A DNA stretch of 64,000 nt from an uncultured Clostridia bacterium (GCA_964403285.1 CAYOFG010000002.1:21104-85103); one strand, 5' to 3'. Counted from the stretch's first letter, positions 18,007 to 28,147 are shown. Made by a program: numbers and translations. Notes: a model not told the origin generated them from the sequence alone.

Positions 18007-19221
18007 ATGGAAACCACTCTCATAAGAGATATGGGAAAGAAAATCTATCACAAAATTCCTGCTTTTTTGCGCTGGTTTTTCTGGCCCATTAAGTTAGCAT
18101 TTAAACTTATCAATATCTCTAAATTGGATCTATGGATTATGAGTGGAGAAGAAATCACCAGCTACCAGAAGCTTTCCATTATTTACGCTGGTGAGGAAAT
18201 CAATAGAAATTACTTTGCAAAGCTCGCTTACGATAAATCTTTTAGTGAAAATTACCTAGGAAAAGTGTGGCTTTGGAAAATTTTCAAAGTAATTAGGGAA
18301 AAAGGTCATAATTACTCCTTAATGGTGGTTGCAGTGGATGGACCTTTCTGCACATTATTTGGAAGCGGGACCTATTTTAATATTCCATTCTGGGTGTCGA
18401 GTTTAACCAATATTTCTGCGGACAGTTCTTTGCTTACAAAAAGTGATAGTGCTAAGACCGACATAAGGAAAATAAGAAATAGCAAGCTTTCCTCTGAAAT
18501 AACACAAGACCGCTCTCAGTTTGATAACTTCTATTACAATATGTACAGGCCTTATATTGCTGCGGCCCATGGGGCTCGAGCTATCATCGTGGAACATGAT
18601 TGTATGAAAAACGAGTTTAAAAATAATGAGTTACTTCTCATCAAGAAAGGAAACGAATATATAGCAGGAACCCTGCTGGTTTATAAAAAAAGGCAATGCC
18701 GTCTTGTATATATGGGCGTAAAAGGTGGCAATTTTGATTATGTCAAAGATGGTGCCGTGGGTGCCATATTCCATTACGCAATTCATCGGTTCAAAGAAAA
18801 GGGCTATAAAGAAGTAGACTTTGGAGGTTCAAGAGCGTTCTTGAAAGACGGGGTGTTGCATTACAAGAAGAAGAGGGGTGCTTCGCGAATTTCTTATAGC
18901 TCTTGGCATGGTGGAATCTTTTTTGTTGAGCTATTAACCAACACGCCCGGATTGAAGGCGTTCCTCTTAAATAATCCCTTCATTTTTGTAGATAAGAGAA
19001 AAATCAACGGGGCGGTATTTGTTGATTGCGACCGTGGATTTTCCCAGGAAGAAATAGGCAGAATCTATAAAGATTATTACTTTGACGGTATGTCTAATCT
19101 TTATATTTATCACTTTGGAGATAATAGTAAGCGTCTACACGAGATACCAACATTACAATTCTCAGATAGAGACAGAGTAAGATTCTGCGCAGCAGAGAAA
19201 TTATTTAGAAAAGACCGGTAA
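18007..19221 (+). CDS. FemAB / GNAT (Acetyltransf_6)-like protein
   Basis: C-terminal region …GVKGGNFDYVKDGAVGAIFHYAIHRFKEKGYKEVDFGGS…LKDGVLHYKKKRGAS resembles the DfGGs…FKrkfG core of FemX/CelD-like aminoacyl/acyl transferases. Assigned by motif similarity only. Confidence 0.45.
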   Translation: METTLIRDMGKKIYHKIPAFLRWFFWPIKLAFKLINISKLDLWIMSGEEITSYQKLSIIYAGEEINRNYFAKLAYDKSFSENYLGKVWLWKIFKVIREKGHNYSLMVVAVDGPFCTLFGSGTYFNIPFWVSSLTNISADSSLLTKSDSAKTDIRKIRNSKLSSEITQDRSQFDNFYYNMYRPYIAAAHGARAIIVEHDCMKNEFKNNELLLIKKGNEYIAGTLLVYKKRQCRLVYMGVKGGNFDYVKDGAVGAIFHYAIHRFKEKGYKEVDFGGSRAFLKDGVLHYKKKRGASRISYSSWHGGIFFVELLTNTPGLKAFLLNNPFIFVDKRKINGAVFVDCDRGFSQEEIGRIYKDYYFDGMSNLYIYHFGDNSKRLHEIPTLQFSDRDRVRFCAAEKLFRKDR

Positions 19222-19279
19222 CCATGGCAATGGAGAAAGGATTGAAAAATCCTATCTAACACACCATAGGAAGAAGAGA

Positions 19280-19999
19280 TTGAGAATGTATATCAACCCC
19301 GAAAAATGTATTGGCTGTATGGAATGTATACCCTATTGTCCTGCGGGGGCAATAATAGCAACAGGAAACAAGTGTATAGTTGCTGAAGGTAGATGCTTTG
19401 AATGTTATGTTTGCCTTACATCGGGAATTTGTCCTGTAGATGCTTTTGAGAAAATCCCATTGAAATGGCCGAGAATACTAAGACATATCTTTAGTTCAGT
19501 GGCGATGATTCACAAAGGTACGGGAATAGACGGGAGAGGAACTGCGGAAATGAAGACTAACGACGTTACCGGACGTTATCGTCACGGCGAGGTAGGGTTT
19601 ACAGTGGATGTGGGGAGACCAGGCATAGGCACGACTTTTGAGGATATAGAAAAAATTTCTATGGCAGTTGCCAGAGTAGGTGTTGCATTTGAACAGATGA
19701 ACCCGCTCACAAAGTTTATGAAGGATAAAGTTAAAGGGATACTTAGAGATGATATAAAAAGAGAGCGAATCCTCTCATGTGTATTAGAATTCAAAACTGA
19801 GGATACTAAGACAGTCTCTGTTATAAATACTCTTAGGGAGGTTTCTAAGTTAGTTAATACAGTTTTTAGTGTGGGTTGTATTTGCAGGTGCAGACCTGAT
19901 GGCACGATACCTGTTAAAAATATGTTAGACGAAGCTGGCATCTTCTATCGACCAAACGGTAAGATTAACATTGGGCTGGGACGGCCATTGGCTCCTTAA
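19280..19999 (+). CDS. 4Fe-4S dicluster domain protein with uncharacterised C-terminal domain
   Basis: Two ferredoxin-type cysteine motifs: CIGCMECIPYCP and CFECYVCLTSGICP. Confidence 0.6.
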   Translation: MRMYINPEKCIGCMECIPYCPAGAIIATGNKCIVAEGRCFECYVCLTSGICPVDAFEKIPLKWPRILRHIFSSVAMIHKGTGIDGRGTAEMKTNDVTGRYRHGEVGFTVDVGRPGIGTTFEDIEKISMAVARVGVAFEQMNPLTKFMKDKVKGILRDDIKRERILSCVLEFKTEDTKTVSVINTLREVSKLVNTVFSVGCICRCRPDGTIPVKNMLDEAGIFYRPNGKINIGLGRPLAP

Positions 20000-20014
20000 C
20001 AAGGAAGGATATTT

Positions 20015-20662
20015 ATGACACACACATTGCATCGACAGGGAAGCGTAGAATCGCTAAAAGAGGATTATGTTGTACTTGTTATGGGAGAAGATATTCCCTT
20101 TGATATATATAGGAGGCGCCTGCAAAAAAGATTTCCTTATATCTATGAAATGGTTAAGAAAGTCCTTCTAAACTTCGGAATTCTTAAGCTACTAAGGATT
20201 ATTAGAAAAGCCAAGCCAACCGGGTCTTACAGAAGCCCCGTGTTTAATAACAAGAAAGAATTAACCAGTTATCTGAAAGAGTTAAAAGAAAGAAACATGG
20301 GAAAGTCTGTGGTCGTCTCCGGACTCTTTGACGAAGTTAACGATTGCCTGAAGGAGTTAAACTTATCTCCACATACTGTTCAATTCTCCCTGGGAACCTT
20401 TGGCAAAAAAGAGCTATTACCAAATAAAGAGATTCTGGAGATAACTACTATGTGCGGCCACCATATGATATCGCCAGGACTAGTAGAAAAACTGGCAAAC
20501 GATATAAAGAATGGAAGTATATCCCTCGAGGAAGCAACAGAAGTGATGAGTGAACAATGTGTTTGCGGGGTGTTTAACAAAGAGCGAACCTGTAAACTAA
20601 TGGAAACCCTGGTGAGTAAGTTATATTCACTTTCATTGAGCAAGACGGGAATGGCTTATTGA
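20015..20662 (+). CDS. hypothetical protein
   Basis: Operon context only; RBS aaggaagg upstream. No recognisable motif. Confidence 0.4.
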   Translation: MTHTLHRQGSVESLKEDYVVLVMGEDIPFDIYRRRLQKRFPYIYEMVKKVLLNFGILKLLRIIRKAKPTGSYRSPVFNNKKELTSYLKELKERNMGKSVVVSGLFDEVNDCLKELNLSPHTVQFSLGTFGKKELLPNKEILEITTMCGHHMISPGLVEKLANDIKNGSISLEEATEVMSEQCVCGVFNKERTCKLMETLVSKLYSLSLSKTGMAY

Positions 20663-20668
20663 ATTTAT

Positions 20669-21535
20669 GTGGAGATTTGGATGTTGTTAAAAGAAAAAAC
20701 AAAAAAAGTTAAGGAAAAAGAATACTTTCATAAATTATTTTCCAATCAGAGTAATATAGATTATTGGGAATCCATTTATGTCCGACAGGATTTCTCCGGA
20801 GTCTGTCTCAGGAGGAGAATGGCCCAGGCATTATCATGGTTAGATAACACAAATTTACCCCAAAATTCCAAAATTTTGGATGTTGGGTGCGGTGCGGGTG
20901 TGATGGCTAAGGAAGCTGCAAATAGAGGCTATGAAATTTTCGGAATGGACTACTCTTATAATATGATTAAAAAAGCTAAAACCATCTGTAACGTAAGTAC
21001 AAAATCCGGAATAATATTTTTCCAAGGAGATATAGAATCTTTGCCATTCAAAAGTTCAGTTTTTGATATGGTGTTGTGTTTGGGCGTAATTTCATATTTA
21101 AAATCCGAAAATAAAGCACTACATGAACTGTCAAGAGTTCTAAAACCTGACGGGACTTTGATTCTGAGTATCCTAAATAAATTTTCCTTAGCAAAGTTTC
21201 TGGACATATCAGTTCCTGTAAAACGAAGACTCCAAAGGATAGCGAGTAATAGAATTATGTCCTGGAAAAAGGAAACAGAAATCAAAAAAAGTGACTCTCC
21301 CATAAAAAGCTACTTTATTCCCAGTTTAAGAAAGGCACTGAAAACTGCTGGGTTTACAGAATTAGATTGCATAGCGGTTCAATACGGGCCGTTGACATTT
21401 TTTGGTCGAAAGGTTTTTCCCGATGAGTTTAACATAAATATAACTAATTTTTTAGAAAAATTTTCAAATATCCCTGTTATTATGTTTCTGGGGAATATGT
21501 GCTTATTTAGATTGAAAAAAGTGGTAGGAAAATAG
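20669..21535 (+). CDS. class I SAM-dependent methyltransferase
   Basis: Motif I ILDVGCGAGVMAKEAA. Post-I acidic residue (GMDYS). Motif II-like FDMVLCLGVISYL. Confidence 0.7.
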   Translation: MEIWMLLKEKTKKVKEKEYFHKLFSNQSNIDYWESIYVRQDFSGVCLRRRMAQALSWLDNTNLPQNSKILDVGCGAGVMAKEAANRGYEIFGMDYSYNMIKKAKTICNVSTKSGIIFFQGDIESLPFKSSVFDMVLCLGVISYLKSENKALHELSRVLKPDGTLILSILNKFSLAKFLDISVPVKRRLQRIASNRIMSWKKETEIKKSDSPIKSYFIPSLRKALKTAGFTELDCIAVQYGPLTFFGRKVFPDEFNINITNFLEKFSNIPVIMFLGNMCLFRLKKVVGK

Positions 21536-21569
21536 AAAAAGGGCAATTCCCGGAAAAGGAGGATGAAAA

Positions 21570-22883
21570 TTGGCTATAGGAACTGCGCCTTGCCTTCTAT
21601 ATTATTTGTGGAAAGTAAGAAAGGCTAAACGACTTAATCCATCTGAACTCGAAGAGTTGCAAAACAGAAAATTAAGAGCCATAGTTAAACACGCTTACAG
21701 AAATGTCCCTTATTACCATAAGTTATTCAATTCTGCCAAGGTAAGGCCGGAAGATATTAAGACAAAGGAGGACTTAGTCAAAATACCAATAACTACCAAA
21801 AAAATGCTACAGGAACTACCTATCAACCAGCGAGTTTCCCGTGGCGTAGACATAAATAAATGTATAAAGTGCAGGACAAGTGGCTCTACGGGAGAACCTC
21901 TGGATATATTTCTTAGCAAGAAAGAGTTGTGTTATAGAATTGCTATGCAAACCAGAGTCTACGGATTCAATTTAGCAGAGAAAAAAGTAAACATACTTGA
22001 CAGCACGCCTCTTCCTGCAGAAGGGTCGCCAGCAACGATTTTTAGAAAACTCAAGCAATGTTTGAATCATCTGGGATTATGGAGGAGGTATTACTTTTCA
22101 CTTTTCGAGGAACCTCACGAACTGGTATCAAAGTTATTAGAAATTAAACCTGATATTATAGAGACTCAGCCGTCGACGTTGAAGTTGATATCTGAATTTG
22201 TGAAGGAAAATAATGTCAGCGGGATTTCGCCTAAATCGATCTTCACCAGAGCAGAGCTGTTAAACAGAGAGGATAGAAAGCAAATAGAGACTGTATTTGG
22301 CGCCAAATTAACTGACCTTTACGGTGCTGTTGAATTCGGCATCATTGCCTGGGAGTGCGAAAAACATTCAGGATATCACATTAACAGTGACATTGTGCTG
22401 GTGGAGGCATTAAGAGATAATCAGCAAGTTTACGGAGAAGAGGGGGAAATGGTCTGCACTGATTTGATTAATTATACGATGCCTTTCATAAGATACGCTG
22501 TGGAAGATATAGTTACCCTGAGTAAAGAGGAACATAATTGCGGAAGTAATTTTCCCCTCATAAAGTTGATAGAGGGGAGGTCGAATGATTTCATAACTTT
22601 GCCTTCAGGCAAAATCATTTCTCCTATACCTCTCATAATTATCCTGGAGGAGATAGACGGAATTAGCCAATTCAGGCTGTTACAGGAAAACATAAACGCA
22701 TTTGATATCCAAATAGTCAAGGGGCGTAATTTCAAAGAGACCATTATAGAGGAAGTGAAGCGTGCATTAAGAGAAATACTGGGCAGAAACACTCGGATTA
22801 GTGTAAATATTGTGGATGAAATACCCAGAGAAAAATCGGGTAAGATACGGCCAATCGTGTCCAAGGTACCCATAAATCTTTAA
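21570..22883 (+). CDS. phenylacetate-CoA ligase / F390 synthetase / CapK-like adenylate-forming enzyme
   Basis: AMP-binding motif RTSGSTGEPL. Overall ~430-aa length and a C-terminal lysine region (EIPREKSGKIRPI) typical of PaaK-family enzymes. Confidence 0.7.
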   Translation: MAIGTAPCLLYYLWKVRKAKRLNPSELEELQNRKLRAIVKHAYRNVPYYHKLFNSAKVRPEDIKTKEDLVKIPITTKKMLQELPINQRVSRGVDINKCIKCRTSGSTGEPLDIFLSKKELCYRIAMQTRVYGFNLAEKKVNILDSTPLPAEGSPATIFRKLKQCLNHLGLWRRYYFSLFEEPHELVSKLLEIKPDIIETQPSTLKLISEFVKENNVSGISPKSIFTRAELLNREDRKQIETVFGAKLTDLYGAVEFGIIAWECEKHSGYHINSDIVLVEALRDNQQVYGEEGEMVCTDLINYTMPFIRYAVEDIVTLSKEEHNCGSNFPLIKLIEGRSNDFITLPSGKIISPIPLIIILEEIDGISQFRLLQENINAFDIQIVKGRNFKETIIEEVKRALREILGRNTRISVNIVDEIPREKSGKIRPIVSKVPINL

Positions 22884-22902
22884 GCGAAGTGAGGATTATT
22901 GG

Positions 22903-24120
22903 ATGAAAGACTTTAAAACTGAATTTGGTTCCCAGCTTATATGCAATATTATAGATAAGAAATTGGGTTTATTAGGATATATCGTCATAGATTCCGCGAT
23001 CAACGGGCACGCATGTGGTGGGCTAAAGATGTTACCCGATGTTTCTATTCCTGAACTGCAAGGTCTGGCGAGAGTAATGACTTTAAAATTTAGTTTTTTG
23101 GGAATGAGAGAAGGTGGAGCAAAGGCAGGAATAATTGGCGACTCATCTATGCCGGGTGAAGAAAAACTGGCTTTACTTAGAACTTTTGCAGAGAGCGCAA
23201 GTCCCCTGTTGAAAACCCGTGCTTACGTTCCTGCCTCTGATATGGGAACCACCAATGAGGAGATAAGATATATGCTGGAGTCGATAGGCTTAAAAATACC
23301 TCCCAGTAAGGTTCACAGAAAAGAAGAAGGAGGCTTTTATACCGGTTTTTCCGTTTTTGCCGGAGCCCTGGCAGCTGCAAAGCATATAAATTTAGACTTA
23401 TCTCAATCTACCCTTGCCGTAGAAGGTTTTGGAAAGGTAGGAAGTTCTGTAGCTAAAGTTTTCTGGCAAAGAGGAACAAAGGTGGTTGCCATATCAACGT
23501 CCAACGGAGCAATATACGACCCTGAGGGGTTAGATATAGATGGGTTGATGCAGATAAAAAATGAGGTTGGAGACGACGTAGTAAATGTCTATGGAAAAGG
23601 GAAAAAAATTGAAAAAAGCGAATTACTCACGCTGGATGTAGATATATTATCCCCTTGCGCAAGACATCATAGTATTAATCTAGAAAACGTAGAAAAAATA
23701 AGAGCTAAGATTATTTGTGCTGGCGCTAACATTCCCGTGACTTCTGAAGCGGAGAGAGTTTTATATCGCGAGAAAAAATTATACCTTCCAGATTTCATCA
23801 CAAATTGTGGAGGGATATTGGGGAGTAATATGGAAAACGCCGGGCTGAGTAATCAGTTCATTGAAAATTTTATCATTCAAGAAATCGGTAACAAAATATC
23901 AGAAATAATCGAAGCTTCCAGGAAAAAGAATATGAGCCCTGTGGAATTTGCTGAAATGGAAGCAGAAGAAAAATTTGCATGGATAAGAACGAAATCCAAG
24001 GAAAAAACGGTAAAAAACAGACTATTCAATATTGCTTTAAAAGTTTATAGAAAGAACTTAATACCGAAGTGGCTTGCTAAACTCTATGCGTCAAGACATT
24101 TTAGAACAAGGTTGGGTTAA
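22903..24120 (+). CDS. Glu/Leu/Phe/Val-family amino-acid dehydrogenase (leucine/phenylalanine dehydrogenase-like)
   Basis: Signatures GYIVIDSAINGHACGGLKM and GGAKAGIIGD (catalytic Lys region); ASDMGTT; dinucleotide fold LAVEGFGKVGSSVAKVF; DILSPCA, KIICAGANIP and PDFITNCGG all align with Bacillus LeuDH/PheDH. Confidence 0.7.
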   Translation: MKDFKTEFGSQLICNIIDKKLGLLGYIVIDSAINGHACGGLKMLPDVSIPELQGLARVMTLKFSFLGMREGGAKAGIIGDSSMPGEEKLALLRTFAESASPLLKTRAYVPASDMGTTNEEIRYMLESIGLKIPPSKVHRKEEGGFYTGFSVFAGALAAAKHINLDLSQSTLAVEGFGKVGSSVAKVFWQRGTKVVAISTSNGAIYDPEGLDIDGLMQIKNEVGDDVVNVYGKGKKIEKSELLTLDVDILSPCARHHSINLENVEKIRAKIICAGANIPVTSEAERVLYREKKLYLPDFITNCGGILGSNMENAGLSNQFIENFIIQEIGNKISEIIEASRKKNMSPVEFAEMEAEEKFAWIRTKSKEKTVKNRLFNIALKVYRKNLIPKWLAKLYASRHFRTRLG

Positions 24121-24154
24121 GCAAAGAACTGGTAATCAATAAGGAGCCAGGGAG

Positions 24155-25471
24155 ATGAAGATAAGTGTTTTCGGATTGGGGTACGTGGGATGTGTGTCCA
24201 GTGCCTGTCTGGCAGAGAATGGACATAAGGTTATGGGAGTGGATGTAAATCAGACTAAAGTGGATATTATAAATAGTGGAAAAAGTCCGGTCATAGAAAA
24301 AGATATAGATGAAATCATTAATAGGGTTGTAACGACTACGAAATTAATAGCTACAACAGACGTTAGAAAAGCAGTACAAAATTCTGAAATATCTATGATC
24401 TGTGTAGGTACACCAAGTAAGGAGAATGGTAGTCTGGATTTGAAATATGTTAAAAGAGTATGCGCGGAAATTGGCGCTGGCTTGCAGGAAAAAGATAGTT
24501 ATCATGTAGTAGTCGTCAGGAGCACTATGTTGCCGGGGAGTGTGGAGGGAGAAGTGATTCCCACCTTAGAGAAGACTTCCGGCAAGAAACCAGGAGCTGA
24601 CTTTGGAGTGTGCATGAATCCCGAGTTTATGCGAGAAGGCAGTTCGGTTTATGACTACTATCATCCCCCGATGATAGTTATTGGGGAGCTGGACAAGAGA
24701 AGTGGGGAGATTGTTCAACAGATCTACGCTGATATTGACGCTCCCGTTGTCAGGACATCGATAAAAGTAGCGGAGATGATAAAGTACGTAAATAATTCTT
24801 TTCACGGGCTTAAAGTATGTTTCGCCAATGAAATAGGGAATATATGCAAAAAACTGGGGATTGACAGTCATCAGGTAATGGAAATTTTTTGTCTGGATAC
24901 AAAACTCAACTTATCTCCGTATTATCTTAAACCAGGATTTGCTTTTGGAGGTTCGTGTCTTCCCAAGGACTTGCGAGCTTTGCTATATAAAGGTCAAAGA
25001 GAAGATTTAAGATTGCCACTCCTTAATTCTATCCTGGATAGCAACGAGAATCAAGTAAAGATGGGAATAAATTTAATAAAAAAGACAGGGAAGAAAAAGA
25101 TAGGAATTTTTGGGTTTAGCTTTAAGCCTGGCACCGATGACCTGCGAGAAAGTCCTATGGTGGAATTAACTGAGACTTTATTGGGGAAAGGCTATAAAAT
25201 TAGTATCTATGACAAAAATGTCTCCATCGCAAAAATTTTTGGCGCTAATAGACAGTATATTGAGAAAGAAATTCCTCACATATCATCCCTGATACGTTCG
25301 TCTATAGAAGAGGTTTTGAGTAATTCGGAAGTGTTAGTGATTGGAAATAACTCTAAGGAATTTAAGAAAATACCTGAGTTAATGCGAGAGGACCAAATAA
25401 TGATTGACCTGGCGAGAATCTTAGATGGAAAAAATGAAAAGAAAAGTAGATATCAGGGAATCTGCTGGTAA
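24155..25471 (+). CDS. nucleotide-sugar 6-dehydrogenase (UDP-glucose / UDP-N-acetylhexosamine dehydrogenase family)
   Basis: N-terminal MKISVFGLGYVGCVSSACLAENGHKVMGVD Rossmann motif. Catalytic cysteine motif GGSCLPKD. About 438 aa. Confidence 0.85.
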   Translation: MKISVFGLGYVGCVSSACLAENGHKVMGVDVNQTKVDIINSGKSPVIEKDIDEIINRVVTTTKLIATTDVRKAVQNSEISMICVGTPSKENGSLDLKYVKRVCAEIGAGLQEKDSYHVVVVRSTMLPGSVEGEVIPTLEKTSGKKPGADFGVCMNPEFMREGSSVYDYYHPPMIVIGELDKRSGEIVQQIYADIDAPVVRTSIKVAEMIKYVNNSFHGLKVCFANEIGNICKKLGIDSHQVMEIFCLDTKLNLSPYYLKPGFAFGGSCLPKDLRALLYKGQREDLRLPLLNSILDSNENQVKMGINLIKKTGKKKIGIFGFSFKPGTDDLRESPMVELTETLLGKGYKISIYDKNVSIAKIFGANRQYIEKEIPHISSLIRSSIEEVLSNSEVLVIGNNSKEFKKIPELMREDQIMIDLARILDGKNEKKSRYQGICW

Positions 25472-26648
25472 AATACTCATTATAGTGGAAAACCTTCCTG
25501 TTCCTTTTGACAGGAGAGTATGGTTAGAGGCCAATACTCTTACGGAAGAAGGTTATAAGGTCTCGGTGATATCACCCAGAGGGAAAAATGACCCCAAATA
25601 TGAAGTGCTGAATGGAATCAGTCTCTACCGCTATCCTATGCCACCTCCCACAAAGGGATTTCTCAGTTACTCCTGGGAGTTTACATATTGCTGGCTTATG
25701 ACTTTTTTCTTATCCATAAAGATACTTTTTAAGGAAGGATTCGACGTTATTCACGCGTGTAATCCTCCAGATACATTTTTTCTTTTAGGAGCATTTTATA
25801 AAGTGCTGGGTAAGAAATTTGTCTTTGACCAGCATGATTTGTGCCCCGAAGTTTATCAGGCAAGGTTCGGTTCAGCGAAAAGAAGATTGCTTATCAAAGG
25901 TTTACTATTTTTGGAAAAACTAACATATAGGACAGCTAACCTGGTAATCGCAACCAATGAGTCTTACAAAAAGATTGCCGTAGAAAGAGGGAAGGTGAAA
26001 AGAGAAGAGATTTTCGTCGTAAGAACCGGCCCAGATTTCCAAAGACTTAAAAGGTTGAAAACAGAGCCAGAGTTGAAAAGGGGAAGGAAATATATGGTCT
26101 GTTACCTGGGAGTAATGGGGCCTCAGGATGGGGTAGATTATCTTCTCCGTTCAGTAGAATTCATAACAGGAACCAACGGAAGAGACGACATTCTTTTTGT
26201 ATTGGTCGGGGGAGGGGATTCCTTTAGCGACTTAAAAAAGATGAGCATTGATTTGGGCGTGCAAAAGCATGTTCTATTTACGGGCAGAATTCCGGACGAA
26301 GAATTAATAAGATACCTTTCTACAGCAGATGTTTGCGTTGGCCCTGATCCAAAAAATGAACTCAACGATAAGTCAACGATGAATAAGATTATGGAATATA
26401 TGGCCATGGCCAAGCCAGTTGTCTCCTTTGACTTAAAGGAGGCACGTTTTTCGGCTCAGGATGCTGCCCTATACGCCAAGCCAAACGACACGGAAGATTT
26501 CGCTAACAAGATTTTAGAATTATTGAAGGATGAAAAAAAGAGACAACAGATGGGAGAATATGGAAGAAAACGAATCGAAGAAGAACTCTCCTGGAATCAT
26601 ACAAAGAAGGAATTAATAAAAGCATACGGAAAAGTATTTAATAACTAA
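25425..26648 (+). CDS. glycosyltransferase family 4 (WbuB-like)
   Basis: N-terminal ILIIVENLPVPFDRRV and C-terminal GT4 core. Start is likely at 25425 or 25434, either overlapping the 3' end of the dehydrogenase gene. Confidence 0.75.
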   Translation: MEKMKRKVDIRESAGKILIIVENLPVPFDRRVWLEANTLTEEGYKVSVISPRGKNDPKYEVLNGISLYRYPMPPPTKGFLSYSWEFTYCWLMTFFLSIKILFKEGFDVIHACNPPDTFFLLGAFYKVLGKKFVFDQHDLCPEVYQARFGSAKRRLLIKGLLFLEKLTYRTANLVIATNESYKKIAVERGKVKREEIFVVRTGPDFQRLKRLKTEPELKRGRKYMVCYLGVMGPQDGVDYLLRSVEFITGTNGRDDILFVLVGGGDSFSDLKKMSIDLGVQKHVLFTGRIPDEELIRYLSTADVCVGPDPKNELNDKSTMNKIMEYMAMAKPVVSFDLKEARFSAQDAALYAKPNDTEDFANKILELLKDEKKRQQMGEYGRKRIEEELSWNHTKKELIKAYGKVFNN

Positions 26649-26698
26649 ATGTCAAAAATGAATCATAAATAACAAATTTACGAAAGGGGTTGGTTGTT

Positions 26699-28147
26699 AT
26701 GATAAAAGAATATGAAGCATTTTTAAAGAAGTTGATGATATCTGCCGATTTGTTAATAATGGCTGTTTCTTTTATCTTGGCTTATTTCCTGCGGGCGAAT
26801 ATCTATTACTTCTATAAACTTGACTTATTCCCTTCAAAAGTGATAATGGGTACAATTTATCCCCTGGATAATTATTTGTGGCTACTGTTAATTATTCTTC
26901 CTGTATGGTATGCCTTGCTTAGTTTTCAAGGGCTTTATGAATCTTTTAGAACTAAGAGACTTACAGTAATAGTCTGGATTATTGTAAAGACAGGGTTTCT
27001 TGCTACTTTAATTACCGGAACTTTAATTTTTGTTCTTAAGCTTACCTATATTAGTAGAATCTTTATGTTTTTCTTTTCCGGCGTAGCTGTTAGCCTTTTA
27101 AGTTTAGAAAAGGCAATGCTAATTCAGAGCTTTAAGCACGCTCGCCCAGGAGAGGATAGTTATAAACACTTGTTGGTTGTGGGAACTGGAAAAAGAGCTG
27201 AAAAGTTTGTTCAGATGGTTAAACAACATCCCGAATGGGGTATAAAAATAGTTGGCATTGTAGATGATGAACCAGATAAAATAGGTGAGGAGGTCTCAGA
27301 CATCAAGGTCATTGGGCTATTAAAGGATGTTCCCGATATCCTCCATGAGAAAATAGTTGATGAAGTTGTATTCATTGTCCCCCGGTTATGGCTGAGCCGT
27401 ATTGAACAAAGTATATTAAGTTGTGAGAGAGAGGGGATAAAAGTATCTGTTGCCGTAGATCTATTTAATTTCAAAATTGGAAAGTTACAAGCAACGGACT
27501 TAGGAGGCATTCCTCTTATGCGCCTGGAGACAACCCCTGGTTCGCCGTGGGAGTTGTTTATAAAAAGGAGCCTTGATATCGTTGTCTCTTTGGTGGGATT
27601 AGTTCTTTTGGCGCCACTTCTCCTATTGATAGCAGTGGTTATCAAGTTGAATTCTCCTGGGTCACTATTTTTTAAGCAAGAACGAAACGGAATGAATGGG
27701 AGAAAATTTGGCTTGCTAAAATTTAGAAGTATGGTGGTTGGTGCCGAGGAGATGCAAGAAGATCTTCTTGCTTTAAACGAAATGGATGGTCCCGTTTTTA
27801 AGATTAAAGACGACCCACGAATGACAAAAATTGGCAAGTTCTTGCGTAAGACCAGTCTGGATGAGTTACCTCAATTAATCAATGTTTTGAAAGGCGATAT
27901 GAGCCTTGTCGGTCCTCGCCCACCCATCCCGGGAGAAGTCACTAACTACGAGACATGGCAAAGAAGAAGACTGAGTATGAGACCTGGCATAACTTGTTTT
28001 TGGCAAATTAGTGGGAGAAGTGAAATTGGTTTCGAAGAGTGGATGAAACTCGACTTGGAATATATTGATAATTGGTCCCTGGGGTTAGATTTCAAAATCC
28101 TGCTTAACACAATACCCGTTGTCCTCTTCGGGACGGGAGCAAGGTGA
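26699..28147 (+). CDS. undecaprenyl-phosphate sugar phosphotransferase (WbaP / bacterial sugar transferase, priming enzyme)
   Basis: Four or five N-terminal TM helices and a C-terminal catalytic domain (SLDIVVSLVGLVLLAPLLLLIAVVIKL…RNGMNGRKFGLLKFRSM…DELPQLINVLKGDMSLVGPRP). ATG at 26699 lies 9 nt after RBS aaagggg. Confidence 0.85.
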   Translation: MIKEYEAFLKKLMISADLLIMAVSFILAYFLRANIYYFYKLDLFPSKVIMGTIYPLDNYLWLLLIILPVWYALLSFQGLYESFRTKRLTVIVWIIVKTGFLATLITGTLIFVLKLTYISRIFMFFFSGVAVSLLSLEKAMLIQSFKHARPGEDSYKHLLVVGTGKRAEKFVQMVKQHPEWGIKIVGIVDDEPDKIGEEVSDIKVIGLLKDVPDILHEKIVDEVVFIVPRLWLSRIEQSILSCEREGIKVSVAVDLFNFKIGKLQATDLGGIPLMRLETTPGSPWELFIKRSLDIVVSLVGLVLLAPLLLLIAVVIKLNSPGSLFFKQERNGMNGRKFGLLKFRSMVVGAEEMQEDLLALNEMDGPVFKIKDDPRMTKIGKFLRKTSLDELPQLINVLKGDMSLVGPRPPIPGEVTNYETWQRRRLSMRPGITCFWQISGRSEIGFEEWMKLDLEYIDNWSLGLDFKILLNTIPVVLFGTGAR

